This document shows, piece by piece, positions 61,335 to 64,000 of a DNA stretch of 64,000 nucleotides. The notes beneath the pieces are model-generated. The model did not search any database. It was not told the origin of the DNA and was given only the letters and a program-made list of their open reading frames with translations. The DNA comes from Candidatus Dormibacter sp. Lineage in GTDB: Bacteria; Chloroflexota; Dormibacteria; Aeolococcales; Aeolococcaceae. Within the stretch, counting starts at the first letter, position 1. Every line of letters begins with the position of its first letter. The position numbers and the translations under genes were made by a program. Where the stretch lies: contig JBDTJX010000081.1 of assembly GCA_039935655.1 (NCBI GenBank), positions 1,437-65,436 on the forward strand, in the 5' to 3' direction.

Positions 61335-63968
61335 GTGACCCAGGCACTCACCGGGCTCCAGTGGGCGGTCGCGGCGGCACTGGTCCTGCTCGGGGTCGTG
61401 ACCCTCCATGACTGGAACCGCCACCGCGACAGCAGTCGCATGTGGCTCGCCGTGGCAGTGGGCGCGCTCGCTGTGGACGGTGTGTTGGGCCGGCTCCCTG
61501 GGCTGACCGGCACGGTCGCGGTCGTCCTCGCCGGCATCGAGATCGCCCTCTTCATGGCGGCTGCCTTCGCGTTCGTGCTGTTCCGTGACAGCCTGATCCC
61601 GTCCAAACCGTACATCGTGGCGACCCTTGCGGCGCTCACCACGGCCGTCTCCGTAGCCACCTTCGGGGTGAGTATCGACACCACGTACGCCGGTCGGCAG
61701 AACGTCGCGGTGACGGGCGTCGCGCTGGTCGTGTTCGTCGCACTCCTGCTGACCTGGTCGGCGCTGGTGGGCACCTCCATCCTGATGCTGGCCCGCGCAT
61801 CGGGTTCGCTCCCGAGCGTGCAGCGGGCACGGCTGCGCGCCCTGACCGCCGGCTTCGCCGGCATCGTGCTCGCCGTCGTTGCCCTCGCGCTCGCCGCCGG
61901 TGCCGGGCCGAACACGGGGCAGGAGCTCGGCATCGAGGCACTCGTGCTGCTCTCCATGCCGCTGCTTGTTGCGGCGTTCTCGCCGCCCGGCTGGCTGCGA
62001 CGGGTGTGGCGCGAACGCGAGGAGACGGAGTTCCGTGCCGCCGTCCACGACCTGCTGCTGTTCTCGCCGGACGCGGCCACGCTGGCGCGACGGGGGGTCG
62101 AATGGGCGTCGCGGCTGCTCGGCGGCGGCGGTGCTGTGATCACGCTCGACTCGCGCCTGATGGGCTCGGAGGGCCTCGATGACGCAGAAGCAGGCCAGCT
62201 CAGCAGCGAGGTCGCTGACGTCATCCATCTCAACAAGCGCGCATTCACGAGCTCGCAGGGCCCGACCGCCGTGGTACCGCTGAAGTCGCGTGCCGGCGTC
62301 GGGTACATCGCAGTGGTGGCCGGTCCCTTCACGCCGCTCTTCGGCGATGAGGAGCTATCGCGGCTCGGTCAGTACGGCGTTGCGCTCACGGTGGCGCTGG
62401 ATCGCGTTCACCTCGTCGAGGGAATGCGGCGCAGCGCCGAGTTGCTCGACCTCGCCTACGACGCAGTGTTCAGCTGGGATTTCAAGACGCGTAGCATCCA
62501 GTACTGGAACAAGGCGGCGACCCAGCTGTACGGGTACACCGCGGCGGAGGCTGCCGGCAAGGATCCACAGATCCTGCTCCACGGCGTTTTCCCGGTACCG
62601 CTTGATGGAATCATCGCCTCGCTGTCCGAATACGACCACTGGGAGGGCGAGCTGGTTCTGCAGACCAGCGATGGACGCACCCTCCCGATCAGCGCCCGCT
62701 GGGCACTGCAGCGCGACGCTGCGGGAGAGCCGCTGTCGGTGCTCGAGATCAATCGCGACATCAGTGCCGAGAAGCGCGCCGCCGACGACCTGCGCCATGC
62801 CCGTGACGTCGCCGAGCAGGCCAGCAACGCCAAGAGCGAATACCTCTCGCGCATGAGCCACGAGCTACGCACTCCCCTGGCGGCGATGCTCGGTTTCAGT
62901 GACCTGCTGGAGATGCGCGAGCCACGAGCCGACCAGATGCAGGCGATCGACGCCATCCAGCGCGCCGGCTCGCACCTGCTCAGTCTCGTCAATGACGTCC
63001 TCGACATCGCTCGCATCGAGTCCGGCCGCGAGAGCCTGTCGCTTCAGCCGGTCGACGTGCATGCGGCGCTCCTGGAGTGCGCCGGGCTGGTCGCCCCGGC
63101 GGCCGCGGAGCGCGGCATCGAAATCTCCGTCCGCGGCGACGCCGGCGACGGCGTGTTCGTCAGCGCCGACCGGCAGCGGCTCAACCAGGTACTGCTCAAC
63201 CTCCTCAGCAATGCGATCAAGTACGGGGACGCGGAGGGCCATGTCTCCCTCGGCGCCGCAGCCTCAGAACGGGACGTGATGATCGATGTGACTGACGACG
63301 GACCCGGCCTGACCGAAGCGGAGCAGCGGTTGCTGTTCCAGCCGTTCGAGCGCCTCGGCGCGGAGCGCAGCCACGTCCAGGGGACAGGCCTGGGACTGGC
63401 CCTCTGTCGCCAGCTCACCACGGCGATGGGGGGCACCTTGACGCTGCGCAGCGAAAAAGGGGAGGGTGCAACGTTCACCGTTCGTCTTAACCGCGCGTCC
63501 AGCACCGACGCGGCCGCCCTGGTCCGGGCTTCCCCGCCGGCTGTGCTCAGGCATGTCGTGGCCGAGTGCACCGTCCTCTATGTCGAGGACAACCTCGCCA
63601 CCGTCGCACTCGTCGAATCGATCTTCGCGCTGCGCCCCAACGTGCGGCTGCTCACCGCGATGCAGGGGGGCATGGCTGTGGAGCTGGCCCGCGAGTACCA
63701 CCTCGACCTCGTGATCCTCGACCTCCACCTGCCCGACATCAACGGCGAGGAGGTGATCAAGCGTCTTCGCCACGAACCCCGCACCGCCGAGGTCCCCGTC
63801 GTGATCTACAGCGCGGACGCCACCGAACGGCAGGTGGATCGGCTCCTCGCCGCCGGCGCTGAGGCGTACCTCACCAAGCCGGCGCGGGTCACCGAGTTTC
63901 TCGGCCTCCTCGACCGCATCCTCGGTCGGTCGGCACAGGCGGCGACGGAGGCGCAGCTCCGGCGCTGA
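61335..63968 (+). CDS. Hybrid sensor histidine kinase / response regulator (multi-TM sensor, PAS, HisKA, HATPase_c, REC)
   Basis: About 6 N-terminal TM segments; PAS-like (LDLAYDAVFSWDFKTRSIQYWNKAATQLYGYTAAEA); H-box SHELRTPL; N, G1 and G2 boxes (LLSNAIKYG, DDGPG, GTGLGLALC); C-terminal receiver with phospho-acceptor Asp (LVILDLHLPDING). Confidence 0.8.
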   Translation: MTQALTGLQWAVAAALVLLGVVTLHDWNRHRDSSRMWLAVAVGALAVDGVLGRLPGLTGTVAVVLAGIEIALFMAAAFAFVLFRDSLIPSKPYIVATLAALTTAVSVATFGVSIDTTYAGRQNVAVTGVALVVFVALLLTWSALVGTSILMLARASGSLPSVQRARLRALTAGFAGIVLAVVALALAAGAGPNTGQELGIEALVLLSMPLLVAAFSPPGWLRRVWREREETEFRAAVHDLLLFSPDAATLARRGVEWASRLLGGGGAVITLDSRLMGSEGLDDAEAGQLSSEVADVIHLNKRAFTSSQGPTAVVPLKSRAGVGYIAVVAGPFTPLFGDEELSRLGQYGVALTVALDRVHLVEGMRRSAELLDLAYDAVFSWDFKTRSIQYWNKAATQLYGYTAAEAAGKDPQILLHGVFPVPLDGIIASLSEYDHWEGELVLQTSDGRTLPISARWALQRDAAGEPLSVLEINRDISAEKRAADDLRHARDVAEQASNAKSEYLSRMSHELRTPLAAMLGFSDLLEMREPRADQMQAIDAIQRAGSHLLSLVNDVLDIARIESGRESLSLQPVDVHAALLECAGLVAPAAAERGIEISVRGDAGDGVFVSADRQRLNQVLLNLLSNAIKYGDAEGHVSLGAAASERDVMIDVTDDGPGLTEAEQRLLFQPFERLGAERSHVQGTGLGLALCRQLTTAMGGTLTLRSEKGEGATFTVRLNRASSTDAAALVRASPPAVLRHVVAECTVLYVEDNLATVALVESIFALRPNVRLLTAMQGGMAVELAREYHLDLVILDLHLPDINGEEVIKRLRHEPRTAEVPVVIYSADATERQVDRLLAAGAEAYLTKPARVTEFLGLLDRILGRSAQAATEAQLRR

Positions 63969-64000
63969 CATCGGGATGAGGGATCAGCGGCTCGGCTCGC

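Overview
High-GC (~70%) bacterial chromosome segment. The 3' end of ssrA matches mycobacterial tmRNA and the genes are high-GC Gram-positive-like, so probably Actinobacteria, but the phylum call is uncertain. Positions 1-18.7 kb are a compact, translationally coupled dcw cluster: ftsI(partial)-mraY-murD-ftsW-murG-murC-murB-ddl-[alpha/beta hydrolase]-murF-ftsQ, then a divergent metF/oxidoreductase pair, then ftsA-ftsZ-nrdR-yggS. A housekeeping run follows at 18.7-26 kb: lspA-rluD-gmk-coaC/coaB-priA-def-fmt-smpB. Positions 26-40.6 kb look accessory: GT87-like glycosyltransferase, hflX, ParB/Srx-like protein, aquaporin, bcp, methyltransferase, two tandem CAP-domain proteins, iron-permease-family protein and small ORFs. 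This region contains the most notable feature: a complete minus-strand tmRNA gene (ssrA) whose 3' 39 bp are duplicated 3.25 kb away. The two repeats bracket a small integrated islet carrying a frameshifted tyrosine integrase and a secreted FG-GAP repeat protein built from near-identical 144-bp tandem DNA repeats. Positions 40.6-64 kb return to core genes: acs-satP-dnaK on the minus strand, pcm, an ECF sigma/anti-sigma pair, a GNAT acetyltransferase, gatCAB, rlmD-like methyltransferase, dedA, dnaE, yggT, lgt, and a hybrid histidine kinase. No rRNA, tRNA or CRISPR array was seen. Most long minus-strand ORFs in the six-frame track are antisense artefacts of the high GC content.
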